This document shows positions 47,373-59,057 of a DNA stretch of 64,000 nt, in pieces (the stretch's first letter is position 1; every line of letters starts with the position of its first letter). Source of the stretch: Patescibacteria group bacterium. GTDB taxonomy: Bacteria; Patescibacteriota; Minisyncoccia; Phycocordibacterales; UBA918. The stretch spans positions 8,573 through 72,572 of the forward strand of contig JBCCYW010000003.1 in the NCBI GenBank assembly GCA_039188945.1. Direction: 5' to 3'. The notes under the pieces were generated by a model, which was given only the letters and a program-made list of their open reading frames with translations, was not told where the DNA came from and ran no database searches. Made by a program: the position numbers and the translations under genes.

Positions 47373-47560
47373 ATCTGTTTCGTCGCACCGTGCCTGCATA
47401 CTTATACACCACCCGGCCACTTCTGCGTAGCGGACAGTCTAACAAACTCTTTTTATTTATTCGAGATCAAGATCGTGAAAGGCTTTATCGACCGTATCGA
47501 CTCAAACAACTGATGAATAGTGTCTATCTCCTCAAACCTCCCCATAATAAAAATTTTATA

Positions 47561-48283
47561 TCACTCACTTTCATCATCACCTAGTTCTAATAACCGAGGC
47601 TCAGGATCAGTCACTTTGTAGAACAATTCAACGAAACTAGCGGATTCTTCTTTGTCTATTGGACCATCAAACTGTGCCTTAAAATGATCCACAAATAGCT
47701 CAAACCAGCTCTCTTGCAACTCTTGAGCGCAACGATCTCTATTACTGCGATCCTCAGCTACCTGATCAGCGTAACTAACTAAGTCTTCTCGGAGTCTAGT
47801 GTCTTGCAAAGCTATATTCACAACTTCCATAAACTTCAATGCGTATTGCTGCTGTTCTACTAGTTCCTTGTCAGGATATTTTTCCTCAAAAAACTCCATA
47901 ACTTCCGCAGTTCCAGTCAAAGCTACATCACAATGATAATCGAATACTGCATATGCACGCTCTCTTTTCTCTTCTTCATCCATAGTCGCTAGATTTTTTG
48001 CTTCAATCTGCCGGCCAGCATGAGCCGCCATCATATTTTTGTAAAAGATTTCTTTTGCACCACGTTCAGGACGCTGCGCCTCATTAAGTAGTTCTGATAC
48101 TGAAAAATCATGTTTAGTGCTTGTTTCCCGCAAAATGCTCTCCGCTCCCATTGAGCGGACTGATCCATAGGTTTGCGGAACCATAAGATTTGCTACTCGC
48201 AATGACTCAATTAAATTATCAGCACTTTGTTCTAAAGATTCTTTGCGCAAAGGATCTTCATTAGCTGGGAAACTCTCTGACAT
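47561..48283 (-). CDS. Hypothetical acidic helical protein
   Basis: 240-aa ORF directly downstream of htpX; no recognised motif. Confidence 0.7.
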   Translation of the reverse strand: MSESFPANEDPLRKESLEQSADNLIESLRVANLMVPQTYGSVRSMGAESILRETSTKHDFSVSELLNEAQRPERGAKEIFYKNMMAAHAGRQIEAKNLATMDEEEKRERAYAVFDYHCDVALTGTAEVMEFFEEKYPDKELVEQQQYALKFMEVVNIALQDTRLREDLVSYADQVAEDRSNRDRCAQELQESWFELFVDHFKAQFDGPIDKEESASFVELFYKVTDPEPRLLELGDDESE

Positions 48284-48300
48284 AAACCACGCTCTTTGGA

Positions 48301-49194
48301 TTAAATATTTTTACTTCGCAGACGAGCAATCCGCTCTGCTGCAGGAGGATGGGTTTGAAAAAGATTACTCAAGCGCTGCATCAGACCTTTACCATGCTTT
48401 CCAAATGGATCAGAGATAAACAAATGAGCGGTCGCGTGACTAGCTCGCTGCATTGGTCGACCTTGGTTAGAAATCTTTTCCAAGGCTGATGCCAGCCCCT
48501 CTGGATAACGAGTTAATAATGCGCCTGTAGCATCAGCCAAATACTCACGTTTGCGAGAGATCGCTAGCTGGATCATCTGAGCAGCGATTGGCGCCAAGAT
48601 AATGCCAACAATACCAATGATGAGAAACGCTGGGTGTCGATCTCGGTTGCCGCCGTCCCAGAATAGTGAGCGAGCAAACATATCAGCCACAATCGCTACA
48701 AATCCAGCCAGCACTACAGCTACTGTCATCACCAGCATGTCGCGGTTACCAACATGAGCGAGTTCGTGTGCCATCACTCCTTCAATTTCATTTCGATCAA
48801 GTATCGCCAACAGCCCAGTAGTTGCAGCCACCACCGCATGTTCAGGATTACGACCAGTCGCAAAAGCATTAGGGGCTGGGTCCTCAACGACATACACCTT
48901 GGGCATCGGTAATCCTGCCGTAATCGATAAGTTCTCAACGATATTAATAAGATCACGGTGTTGTGCTGGGTCGGCTGGCTTAGCATTGGTCATGCGCAGG
49001 ACAATTTTATCTGAGTACCAGTAACTCCAGATGTTCATGAGAAACGCAAAACCAACCGCTACATAGAGAATGAGTGGATTGCCAACATACCAGCTAATAC
49101 CATAACCAATCGCAATTACGAATACCAAAAAGCTACCCATCAAGAAATAGGTCTTCCAAATATTTCGTGACTGCTGCGTATAGAGAGTTGCCAT
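48301..49194 (-). CDS. htpX: Zinc metalloprotease HtpX (M48)
   Basis: PNAFATGRNP, HELAH, ISRKREYLAD, THPP. Confidence 0.95.
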   Translation of the reverse strand: MATLYTQQSRNIWKTYFLMGSFLVFVIAIGYGISWYVGNPLILYVAVGFAFLMNIWSYWYSDKIVLRMTNAKPADPAQHRDLINIVENLSITAGLPMPKVYVVEDPAPNAFATGRNPEHAVVAATTGLLAILDRNEIEGVMAHELAHVGNRDMLVMTVAVVLAGFVAIVADMFARSLFWDGGNRDRHPAFLIIGIVGIILAPIAAQMIQLAISRKREYLADATGALLTRYPEGLASALEKISNQGRPMQRASHATAHLFISDPFGKHGKGLMQRLSNLFQTHPPAAERIARLRSKNI

Positions 49195-49224
49195 CGTGCT
49201 TAGTACGTTTGTGCTAATTCAATC

Positions 49225-49608
49225 TTACAGCGGAATACCCTGTGGAGTTTCTTCAGACTTGTATTGTACATCATCTGACCAGTGCAAGAAATGTCGGTGC
49301 TTGTAGCCTCCTTTATCATGATGATTGGCGTCTCGTGCAGCCTGCACAGTTGCCTCATCGATTTCAAGTTGTTCGAGAATAGCGTCCAATACTTCCATCA
49401 TGTCGCAATATTCTTCCAAGAAATCTTCTTTGGTACGCGTCATTGAAAGCGACGTAGCTTCTTCACGGATTTTCTTAAAGAGTTCTTGCTGAAATTCCTG
49501 AATGTCAGAGATCGGGCGAATATCACACTTATGACCTTTCTTTTCAATCTTCTCCTTCGTGTGATCACGTACGAGCTTGTTGTAATAAATACGAGTGAGT
49601 TGTGACAT
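49225..49608 (-). CDS. MazG-like nucleoside triphosphate pyrophosphohydrolase
   Basis: YNKLVRD...KKIREE...LEEYCDMMEV...KGGY. Confidence 0.75.
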   Translation of the reverse strand: MSQLTRIYYNKLVRDHTKEKIEKKGHKCDIRPISDIQEFQQELFKKIREEATSLSMTRTKEDFLEEYCDMMEVLDAILEQLEIDEATVQAARDANHHDKGGYKHRHFLHWSDDVQYKSEETPQGIPL

Positions 49609-49619
49609 AGTGTCAAAGA

Positions 49620-50204
49620 TTAGAAGTCAACCTTAACGTTCTCACGCTCTTCTGGAGCATCATCAAGGTCAAAGTATTGTTCTTCTTTGAAGTTGAACAT
49701 GTTACCAATAATGTTTGAAGGAAATGACTGCAACGCAATCGCGAGGTCGCGTACGTTGGTGTTGTAAAACCGTCGAGCGGCTTGGATTTTATTCTCTGTG
49801 TCAGAGAGTTCGGTCTGGAGTTGTGAGAAATTCTGATTTGCCTTGAGGTCTGGATACGCTTCAGCCACCGCCAACAGTTTGCCAAGCGCACCAGTTAGCG
49901 CATTCTCGGCTCCTGCCATGGCAGTAATCTGCTCTGGTGTAATGCCGGTAGGGTCAACATGAACCTTAGTGGCTTCAGCCCGAGCGTTCGTTACCGCGTC
50001 GAAGGTTTCGCGTTCATGAGCCGCGTAACCCTTCACGGTTTCTACCAGGTTTGGAATGAGGTCGTAGCGACGTTTAAGCTGCACATCAATATCAGCCCAG
50101 GCTTCTTTCGCCCGTTGTGTAAGTTTTACAAAATTATTGTAGGCGTAGATGACATACAACACTGCCACCACAACTACTCCAAGTACAATCCACGTAATCA
50201 TCAT
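49620..50204 (-). CDS. lemA: LemA family protein
   Basis: AWADIDVQLKRRYDLIPNLVETVKGYA, EAYPDLKAN, ENKI..ARRFYN. Confidence 0.95.
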   Translation of the reverse strand: MMITWIVLGVVVVAVLYVIYAYNNFVKLTQRAKEAWADIDVQLKRRYDLIPNLVETVKGYAAHERETFDAVTNARAEATKVHVDPTGITPEQITAMAGAENALTGALGKLLAVAEAYPDLKANQNFSQLQTELSDTENKIQAARRFYNTNVRDLAIALQSFPSNIIGNMFNFKEEQYFDLDDAPEERENVKVDF

Positions 50205-50275
50205 AAGTGTTTTTATCCCGTAATTGTAAGCCATTTTACCATGAGTTGTACTTGAAACAATCGATTAATGAGCTT

Positions 50276-51010
50276 ATGATGCGCAAAGAATCTGAACCGT
50301 TCAGGGAGCTTACAATGAGCAAGAGAGAAGTCTATGAGGGTCTGCTTGTCCCAGCATTAATGCAACTTGGTGCAAACGACGAAACAAATGCGAAAGAGGT
50401 TGCTGCAGAGGTCTATGATTTCTATGCCGAGCCGTTTCGAAACTACCACGGAGTTGATCATCCGCTAGATATGATAGATCAGTGGTTTAAATATAAAAAA
50501 GCCACAGAAACTGGCAGCGTGAATCTAAAATCTCGCAACCAAGATGAAGACCCTGTCTTGATCGCAATGATTTTCTTTCACGATGTCATCTATCGCATCG
50601 GGCGAGAACCTGGTTTCAGCGAGAAAGCTTCAGCTGCGTGGGCTGGTGAGAAATTGAGTGATCTTGGTATCAGCCAGGATCATATTGATTGGATCAAAGC
50701 TGGCATACTCGCGACCATCGATCATCGTGTGCCTGAAAGCACTAATGTTCCACATATCAGGACTATAGGACTTTTACTTGATCTAGATCTATGGATCTTG
50801 GCAGAGTCGTGGGATACATTTCAAGCAGCCGATGAGCAGCTCTGGCCAGAGTTTCAACCGATTGTCTTGCGTGAAGAATTTCTTGCTGGTAGGGCTCAAT
50901 GGGCAGCGAGTTTTGCTGAAGGACGTATCAGCATCTTCAACACCGATTACTTCAAACAAAGAGTAAGTGTTGCCCTGATGAACTTGACGCAACGAGCTGG
51001 CATGATCTGA
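50276..51010 (+). CDS. HD-superfamily metal-dependent phosphohydrolase (COG4339-like)
   Basis: RNYHGVDH, FFHDVIY, SEKASA, ATIDH, LDLDL; start uncertain. Confidence 0.8.
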   Translation: MMRKESEPFRELTMSKREVYEGLLVPALMQLGANDETNAKEVAAEVYDFYAEPFRNYHGVDHPLDMIDQWFKYKKATETGSVNLKSRNQDEDPVLIAMIFFHDVIYRIGREPGFSEKASAAWAGEKLSDLGISQDHIDWIKAGILATIDHRVPESTNVPHIRTIGLLLDLDLWILAESWDTFQAADEQLWPEFQPIVLREEFLAGRAQWAASFAEGRISIFNTDYFKQRVSVALMNLTQRAGMI

Positions 51011-51013
51011 CAA

Positions 51014-51049
51014 AAACAGCGCGGGATCCTAACGGAACCCGCGCTGTTT
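51014..51049 (+). terminator. Intrinsic terminator of the HD gene
   Basis: AAACAGCGCGGG...CCCGCGCTGTTT followed by CTTT. Confidence 0.75.
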
Positions 51050-51143
51050 CTTTATGTTGAAAATTGGAGTCTACTACCAAGCGATACGAGTGAAATGAAA
51101 GCGGACGGTAGTCCATGTTCATTTCCGAGTGAGCGAAGGTAGA

Positions 51144-51185
51144 AAGAATGTAAAAAAGCTGACTTTCGTCAGCTTTTTTACATTC

Positions 51186-51187
<2 letters not shown>
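51144..51187 (-). terminator. groEL terminator, 20-bp perfect stem
   Basis: AAGAATGTAAAAAAGCTGAC-TTTC-GTCAGCTTTTTTACATTCTT. Confidence 0.85.
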
Positions 51188-53164
<1,977 letters not shown>

Positions 53165-53339
53165 AAATATTTCAAATTTTAATTACGTACTATAAAGTGA
53201 ACATTACTACGCCTACCTCACCAAAAAAGTTACCGTCATTCCGGTAGCCGCGCCGCTATTATACGAAAGCTTGCGGTGGTGTCAAAACCTATACTCTATT
53301 GCGTCCCCCTCACCTTTCTGCTACTATCACTCGCGACAT

Positions 53340-53579
53340 ATGGGAATTATTCAATCAGTGCTCCCAGCACTGCCGTTTATCCAGATTATTCTCTCCATCC
53401 TCCTCGTCGCAGCCATTCTGCTGCAACAACGTGGATCGAGTCTCGGCGGTGCCTTTGGTGGCGACAACTTCCAAGCCTCATTTCATAAGCGCCGTGGCGC
53501 TGAGGAATTTCTATTCCGACTCTCAATCGGTTTAGCAGTGTTGTTTGTGCTCTCAGCCTTTTTGAACATCCTCGCGTAA
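53340..53579 (+). CDS. secG: Preprotein translocase subunit SecG
   Basis: ILLQQRGSSLGGAFGG...RRGAE between two TMs. Confidence 0.9.
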   Translation: MGIIQSVLPALPFIQIILSILLVAAILLQQRGSSLGGAFGGDNFQASFHKRRGAEEFLFRLSIGLAVLFVLSAFLNILA

Positions 53580-53651
53580 GCGATTCCATAATACATACTG
53601 TCAGATAGAAGTATTTCTTTGCGTATATATACGTAGTATTGAACCAACTCT

Positions 53652-55364
53652 ATGGCTGATGATCGATCGGATAGACTCCTGAATCTTATTGAACGAAAAC
53701 CTACCAGTGACCGCCTGCTGTTGCGGATACTGTTTTTTACTGTGATTGCTAGCGGTCTTGTGTTTGCACTTAGTCTCAATAGTCAGTTTATCTCAGAAAC
53801 CCCAACCAGCGGCGGTGTCTTGGAAGAAGGAGTGATTGGTACCCCACGCTTTGTGAATCCTGTCCTGGCAGTCACCCGCGCTGACCAAGATATGACTGCC
53901 TTGGTATACAGCGGACTCTTAGAAGTATCTCCAGAAGGAGATTTGGTTCCTGACGTTGCCGAGTCAGTTACGGTTTCGGAAGACGGCAGGACCTACAATA
54001 TCGTGGTCCGTCAGGATGTGCGCTTCCACGATGGTGTTCAACTAACTGCTCGCGATGTCGCCTATACCATCGCCCTCATTCAAAATCCTGACCTCAAGAG
54101 TCCGCTGCGCGGTAATTGGAATGGTGTGCTAGTGGAAGAACTAGGAGAATACGAATTGAATGTCGTACTGGAAGAAGCCTACTCACCATTTATCGAAAAC
54201 TTCACCTTCGGAATCCTACCTCGTCATATTTGGGACGAACTACCAATTGAACAATTGCCATTTAGTCAACACAATACCGAACCAATCGGTTCTGGGCCAT
54301 TCCAAATTAGTGAGGTAGAGCGCAACCGCTCTGGTCTCATTAACACGTATACCCTCTCGCAGTTCCCCGATCTACCAGACCCAGCTCGCTTAGATCGTGT
54401 CGTCGTGCGGTTTTATGAAAATGAAGCTGACGTTGACGAAGCCCTCATGGCTGGTGAAATTACCAGCAGTGCAAATCTAACCAGCGGTACGGTTCGCACG
54501 CTTAATGAGAATGACTACACGGTCACACAGACCACCCTGCCACGAACCTTTGGTATTTTCTTCAACCAAAATCGTTCGATTGTAACTCGCGATCTTGATG
54601 TTCGTGAAGCCCTCAACGCTGCCATTGATCGTGAGATGCTAATAGAAGACGTACTACTCGGATACGGAGTACCCGCCACTGGCCCAGTACCCAATGGTTT
54701 CTTACGCGAAACTCTAGCCACATCATCAGCAACAGTGTCCACATCCTCACTCGAAGCAGCTCGTGCTATTCTTATCGCTGCTGGCTGGGAAGAGGCTGAA
54801 GATAGCACCTGGCAAACTGAGATTGACGATATAGAGTACACCCTGTCAGTTACCCTCCGTACCGCGAACACCCCATTGTTTGAAGCTACCGCCAACGCAG
54901 TAGCTGATCGGTGGCGTGAGCTTGGGGTCTTAGTAAATGTTGAGCAATTTGAGCAAGCTGACCTCTTGCAAGCAGTTATTCGTCCACGTGAGTTCGAAGC
55001 ATTACTCTTTGGCACTGACCTCAGTCGTGCCGTCGACCTCTTCCCTTTCTGGCATTCTTCACAAAAAGATGACCCTGGTCTTAACATTGCACAATATGCA
55101 AATATTGAGGCCGATGCCTTCTTAGAAACCGCTCGTGTGAGCCAAGATGAAGAGGAAGTAGAAGCAGCATTACAAGCAGTTGATGAATTGATTCAAGCAG
55201 AAGTTCCGGCTCTCTTTCTTTTCTCTCCAGTACTGACCTATGTCACGAGCAATGAATTTACACTACCAACACTATCAAAGTTAAGCCGTCCACACGAACG
55301 ATTTATGAATATTGAGAACTGGCACGCCAAAACTGGCGCCCTCTGGCCATTTTTTAATGAGTAA
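53652..55364 (+). CDS. Peptide ABC transporter substrate-binding protein (family 5, OppA/DppA-like)
   Basis: NPVLA, LVYSGL, LVPDVAES, RFHDG..LTARDV.YT, PIGSGPF, VREAL..AIDRE; N-terminal TM. Confidence 0.9.
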   Translation: MADDRSDRLLNLIERKPTSDRLLLRILFFTVIASGLVFALSLNSQFISETPTSGGVLEEGVIGTPRFVNPVLAVTRADQDMTALVYSGLLEVSPEGDLVPDVAESVTVSEDGRTYNIVVRQDVRFHDGVQLTARDVAYTIALIQNPDLKSPLRGNWNGVLVEELGEYELNVVLEEAYSPFIENFTFGILPRHIWDELPIEQLPFSQHNTEPIGSGPFQISEVERNRSGLINTYTLSQFPDLPDPARLDRVVVRFYENEADVDEALMAGEITSSANLTSGTVRTLNENDYTVTQTTLPRTFGIFFNQNRSIVTRDLDVREALNAAIDREMLIEDVLLGYGVPATGPVPNGFLRETLATSSATVSTSSLEAARAILIAAGWEEAEDSTWQTEIDDIEYTLSVTLRTANTPLFEATANAVADRWRELGVLVNVEQFEQADLLQAVIRPREFEALLFGTDLSRAVDLFPFWHSSQKDDPGLNIAQYANIEADAFLETARVSQDEEEVEAALQAVDELIQAEVPALFLFSPVLTYVTSNEFTLPTLSKLSRPHERFMNIENWHAKTGALWPFFNE

Positions 55365-55396
55365 TTAACAAGTAACAACGTAGTAATTAATATAAT

Positions 55397-57376
55397 ATGA
55401 ATAAACCATCTAATAACCGATCAACCAACCGAGGACCGCGACGGACACCAGGTAACCGAACTCGAACAACTCGACCGGGCACTGGTAGTACGTCTCGCAG
55501 CACCCAGAAGCCAACCGGCAACCGGCGCCCAGCCCGAGGTCGCTCTGGCGGCAACCCAAGTGGTGGCGGACAGCGTCGCCGTCCAGCCGGACGAGGCGGA
55601 CAACGGCGTAATCATCGTCGTCCGAGCAAAAACCCAGCTCTCCAACACCGCATGGAGGACGCCGAAAAGACATCACTTCATCTTCCCGAGATTACCGATG
55701 AAGATACAGTACGAATCATTCCTGTATCTGGCGTAGAGGAAGTTGGAAGAAACATGAATATTATTGAAACGATTGATGGCATCGTGCTTATTGACGCCGG
55801 ATTTCAATTTGTCTCAGAAGGAGGTGGTACGCCAGGGATTGATTACATCCTTCCTAACACCCAGTACCTGGAAGACCGCAAAGACAAAATTCTTGGCATG
55901 ATCGTTAGCCATGGTCACCTCGACCATATTGGTGGGATTCCTTTTATCATGGAACGAATTGGCTATCCTCCTATCTATACGCAATACCTGACATCTTTGA
56001 TGATCAAGAAGCGCCAAGAGGAGTTCCCTCACATGGAACCGCTTGAAATTGACGTCGTCAAAGAAGGTCAGTCGTTTATGCTTGGTAAAACTCGTATCAA
56101 GACCTTCCCTGTCACTCACTCTATTCCCGATTCAATGGGTATCTCAGTTGAAACCAAGCATGGTGACGTTGTATTTACCGGTGACATTCGCCTCACTCAT
56201 GACGGCGAGGATGTCGACCAAGAAGAGAAGAAATCATGGGAGGCAGTTGGAAAGAATAACAACCTTCTTCTGATGGCTGACTCGACTGGAGCACACCAGG
56301 AAGGTTTTTCAGCGCCAGAGTCAATTGTCTTTGAGAACCTGGAAAAGATCATTAAGGATGCTTCTGGACGTCTTATTATCGGTACCTTTGCATCTCAGTT
56401 TGAGCGGTTGATCCACGTCGTTAAGATGTGTGAAAAGTACGGCAAAGTTGTTATTCCTGAAGGACGTAGCATCAAGACTCATATTGATATCGCCATTACC
56501 GCTAAGATGATGGAAGTAAAGCCAGGTGTTATTGTGAGCGCTCAAGAAGCTGAAGACTACCCTCGTGACCGAGTGGTTGTACTTGCTACTGGTGCTCAAG
56601 GTGAAGAATTTGCTGCCCTCATGCGCATGGCTACCGATAAGCATAAAAGTATTACTCTGGACGAGCGAGACACTATCGTACTCTCTTCTTCAGTCATTCC
56701 TGGTAATGAAGTCGCGGTACAAATATTGAAAGACAACATCTACCGCAAGAACGTCCGGATCGTTAATTACAAAACCCAAGGTGGAGTTCACTCGTCTGGT
56801 CACGGAAACGCTGGTGAGCTGCGTTGGGTGCGACAAACGGTAAAACCAAAATTCCTGATGCCCGTACATGGTCATCACTTTATGTTGAAGAGTCATATGT
56901 ACGACGCGGTTGAACATGGCATGCCAAGAGAAAACGTGATTGTGCCAGACAATGGAACAATCCTTGATATCAGAAATGGCGAAGAACTGATCGTACATAA
57001 AGAAAAGGCTCCAACAGAAGATATTTTGGTAGACGGCTTTACGGTGGGTGCTAAACAAGAAGTGGTTTTGCGTGACCGGCTGTCACTCGCCCAAGACGGG
57101 ATGTTTGTGATTATTGCAACGGTGAATACCCGGACCGGTAAGTTACGTAAGTCTCCAGACATCATTTCGCGAGGTTTTGTGTACTTGCGTGAGAACCAGC
57201 AACTCCTCTCTGAGGCTCGGGTACTAATTAAGAAAACAGTTGAGAAGCAGACAGAAAAGATGCATCCGATTGATCTCGACTATGTGAAGGACAATCTCAC
57301 CGATGTCGTGAGTGGCTTCCTCATGCAGAAGACCCAAAAGACACCGATGGTGATTCCAGTGTTGATTGGAATTTAA
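55397..57376 (+). CDS. rnj: Ribonuclease J with a long Arg/Gly/Pro-rich N-terminal extension
   Basis: GVEEVGRNM, HGHLDHIGG, VTHSIPD, TGAQGE, VHSSGH, PVHG, SRGFVY. Confidence 0.96.
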   Translation: MNKPSNNRSTNRGPRRTPGNRTRTTRPGTGSTSRSTQKPTGNRRPARGRSGGNPSGGGQRRRPAGRGGQRRNHRRPSKNPALQHRMEDAEKTSLHLPEITDEDTVRIIPVSGVEEVGRNMNIIETIDGIVLIDAGFQFVSEGGGTPGIDYILPNTQYLEDRKDKILGMIVSHGHLDHIGGIPFIMERIGYPPIYTQYLTSLMIKKRQEEFPHMEPLEIDVVKEGQSFMLGKTRIKTFPVTHSIPDSMGISVETKHGDVVFTGDIRLTHDGEDVDQEEKKSWEAVGKNNNLLLMADSTGAHQEGFSAPESIVFENLEKIIKDASGRLIIGTFASQFERLIHVVKMCEKYGKVVIPEGRSIKTHIDIAITAKMMEVKPGVIVSAQEAEDYPRDRVVVLATGAQGEEFAALMRMATDKHKSITLDERDTIVLSSSVIPGNEVAVQILKDNIYRKNVRIVNYKTQGGVHSSGHGNAGELRWVRQTVKPKFLMPVHGHHFMLKSHMYDAVEHGMPRENVIVPDNGTILDIRNGEELIVHKEKAPTEDILVDGFTVGAKQEVVLRDRLSLAQDGMFVIIATVNTRTGKLRKSPDIISRGFVYLRENQQLLSEARVLIKKTVEKQTEKMHPIDLDYVKDNLTDVVSGFLMQKTQKTPMVIPVLIGI

Positions 57377-57421
57377 TTTGGTGTGCTACACTTCTCCAGA
57401 GTAGACAAAAGGAGACTCAGC

Positions 57422-57604
57422 ATGGATGGAGTTACAGTCGAAGATTTTGCTAACCTGCCTGGAGATTTGGATTTTCCAGTACTGATCAGACCAACCTACC
57501 CTCTCGGTGGCTGCAGCAAACTTGAGGCGAAAGATCTCAATGAGCTGACTTCATTGTTGTGGGAGAAGTGTATGCCCCCAGTCGTGCTAAGCTGCAAGAC
57601 ATAA
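57422..57604 (+). CDS. 60-aa protein carrying a CarB/ATP-grasp-like motif
   Basis: AAGGAG RBS before ATG; LDFPVLIRPTYPLGG; followed by a terminator. Confidence 0.55.
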   Translation: MDGVTVEDFANLPGDLDFPVLIRPTYPLGGCSKLEAKDLNELTSLLWEKCMPPVVLSCKT

Positions 57605-57613
57605 ACAAGATGT

Positions 57614-57642
57614 GAGGTCCGTGGAAAATTACCACGGACCTC
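57614..57642 (+). terminator. Intrinsic terminator
   Basis: GAGGTCCGTGG-AAAATTA-CCACGGACCTC followed by TCTTCTGTTT. Confidence 0.7.
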
Positions 57643-57667
57643 TCTTCTGTTTAGTACACTAGTACTA

Positions 57668-58870
57668 ATGCCAGTGCATGGCCGACACCCGCTACATCGT
57701 CGAAACCCAGCCCACATCGGGTTCTGGTTGATTTATGTGATCTCGGTCATTTTCACCTTTCACACCCTCCTGACCGCTTACAACAACTCCACTTATATGG
57801 AGCAGTTTGTGAATCCTGCCGTTATTGGCGCGCTTTACAGTATTGGCTCAGCGCTAGCGGTATTCTCATTCTTATTTATATCAAGGGTATTACGGAAGGT
57901 TGGCAACGTCCGTCTTACCTTGTGGCTAGCAATTATTGAACTCCTCTCACTTGTCGCTCTTGGCCTCGCCACCGATCCACGCACCGCCATTATTGCGTTT
58001 GTGGTCTTTCTCACCCTCAACCCGCTTCTTTATTTAAGTATTGATATCTTTTCCGAGAGCCTGATTGGCGACAACGAAGATTCAACTGGATCAAAGCGTG
58101 GTCTCACTCTGGGACTCATGAGCATGGCAGCGGTAATCGCTCCACTCACTATGGGCTATCTGGTCGGTGATGATAGCTCCAATCTACCCAATACGTACTT
58201 TGCTTCAGCAGCGGTGATGACACTCTTTGTACTGATTATTATTGCTCGCTTCGACTCCTTTAAAGATCCCGAGTACAAGGAAATTAAAGTCTTACAGGCA
58301 ATTCAATCCTTTTGGGACAATACCGATGTCCGTGGTGTATTCCTCGCTCACTTTCTCTTACAGTTCTTCTTTGCGTGGATGGTTATCTACTTCCCACTCT
58401 ATCTCGCTACTGAAATTATGTTGCCGTGGGATGAGATTGGTGCCATCATCGCAGTAGGACTCTTTGCATATGTATTATTTGAATATCCAATTGGCATTGT
58501 GGCTGACCGCTGGACCGGAGAAAAAGAAATGATGGCGATTGGATTTGTGATATTAGCCGTTGCCTCAGCCAGTATTTCGTATATGGGAGCCGCCACGGTT
58601 GCTGGATGGATGGCGCTCATGTTTGTGAGTCGGATTGGTGCCAGCTTAGTTGAAGCCACTACCGAAAGTTACTTCTTCAAACATGTAGATGGTAGCGATG
58701 CTAATGTCATGAGCTTCTTCCGTCTCACCCGCCCACTCGCCAACTTGATTGGTGCTCTCGCCGGCACCATTACCCTGCTCTACCTCCCTTTCAATCTTAT
58801 TTTTGTCATTCTTGGACTCCTGATGATTCCGGGTATTTTCATCACCCTAACCATCAAAGATACAAAATAA
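57668..58870 (+). CDS. MFS transporter
   Basis: About 12 TM segments; GIVADRWTGEK loop motif. Confidence 0.88.
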   Translation: MPVHGRHPLHRRNPAHIGFWLIYVISVIFTFHTLLTAYNNSTYMEQFVNPAVIGALYSIGSALAVFSFLFISRVLRKVGNVRLTLWLAIIELLSLVALGLATDPRTAIIAFVVFLTLNPLLYLSIDIFSESLIGDNEDSTGSKRGLTLGLMSMAAVIAPLTMGYLVGDDSSNLPNTYFASAAVMTLFVLIIIARFDSFKDPEYKEIKVLQAIQSFWDNTDVRGVFLAHFLLQFFFAWMVIYFPLYLATEIMLPWDEIGAIIAVGLFAYVLFEYPIGIVADRWTGEKEMMAIGFVILAVASASISYMGAATVAGWMALMFVSRIGASLVEATTESYFFKHVDGSDANVMSFFRLTRPLANLIGALAGTITLLYLPFNLIFVILGLLMIPGIFITLTIKDTK

Positions 58871-58874
58871 AAGA

Positions 58875-59042
58875 TCAGCCCGTAAGCTGATCTTTATCTT
58901 TTTCCCGTGAACCCTCAGTTGATTTGTGGCCAGGCTTTAATTCATCTGGAACCTGGTAACCATCATCGATTTCTTCACCAGTAAGCAGATTCTGCATCAG
59001 TTCAGACACTTCTTCCGGACTCTTAAGATGATCGTTGTTCAT
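58875..59042 (-). CDS. Possible 55-aa acidic small protein (below the ORF-track cutoff)
   Basis: AGAGGAAA-ATG; MNNDHLKSPEEVSELMQNLLTGEEIDDG...QLTG*; follows mutY; stop lies in the hairpin AAAGATCAGC/GCTGATCTTT. Confidence 0.45.
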   Translation of the reverse strand: MNNDHLKSPEEVSELMQNLLTGEEIDDGYQVPDELKPGHKSTEGSREKDKDQLTG

Positions 59043-59057
59043 TTTCCTCTTAATCTC

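Noticed and set aside
47108-47584. ORFs overlapping the tRNA region
   Set aside because: Spurious frames across tRNA-Ser and its repeat
53165-53339. CIRCE operator upstream of groES
   Set aside because: No TTAGCACTC-N9-GAGTGCTAA match found
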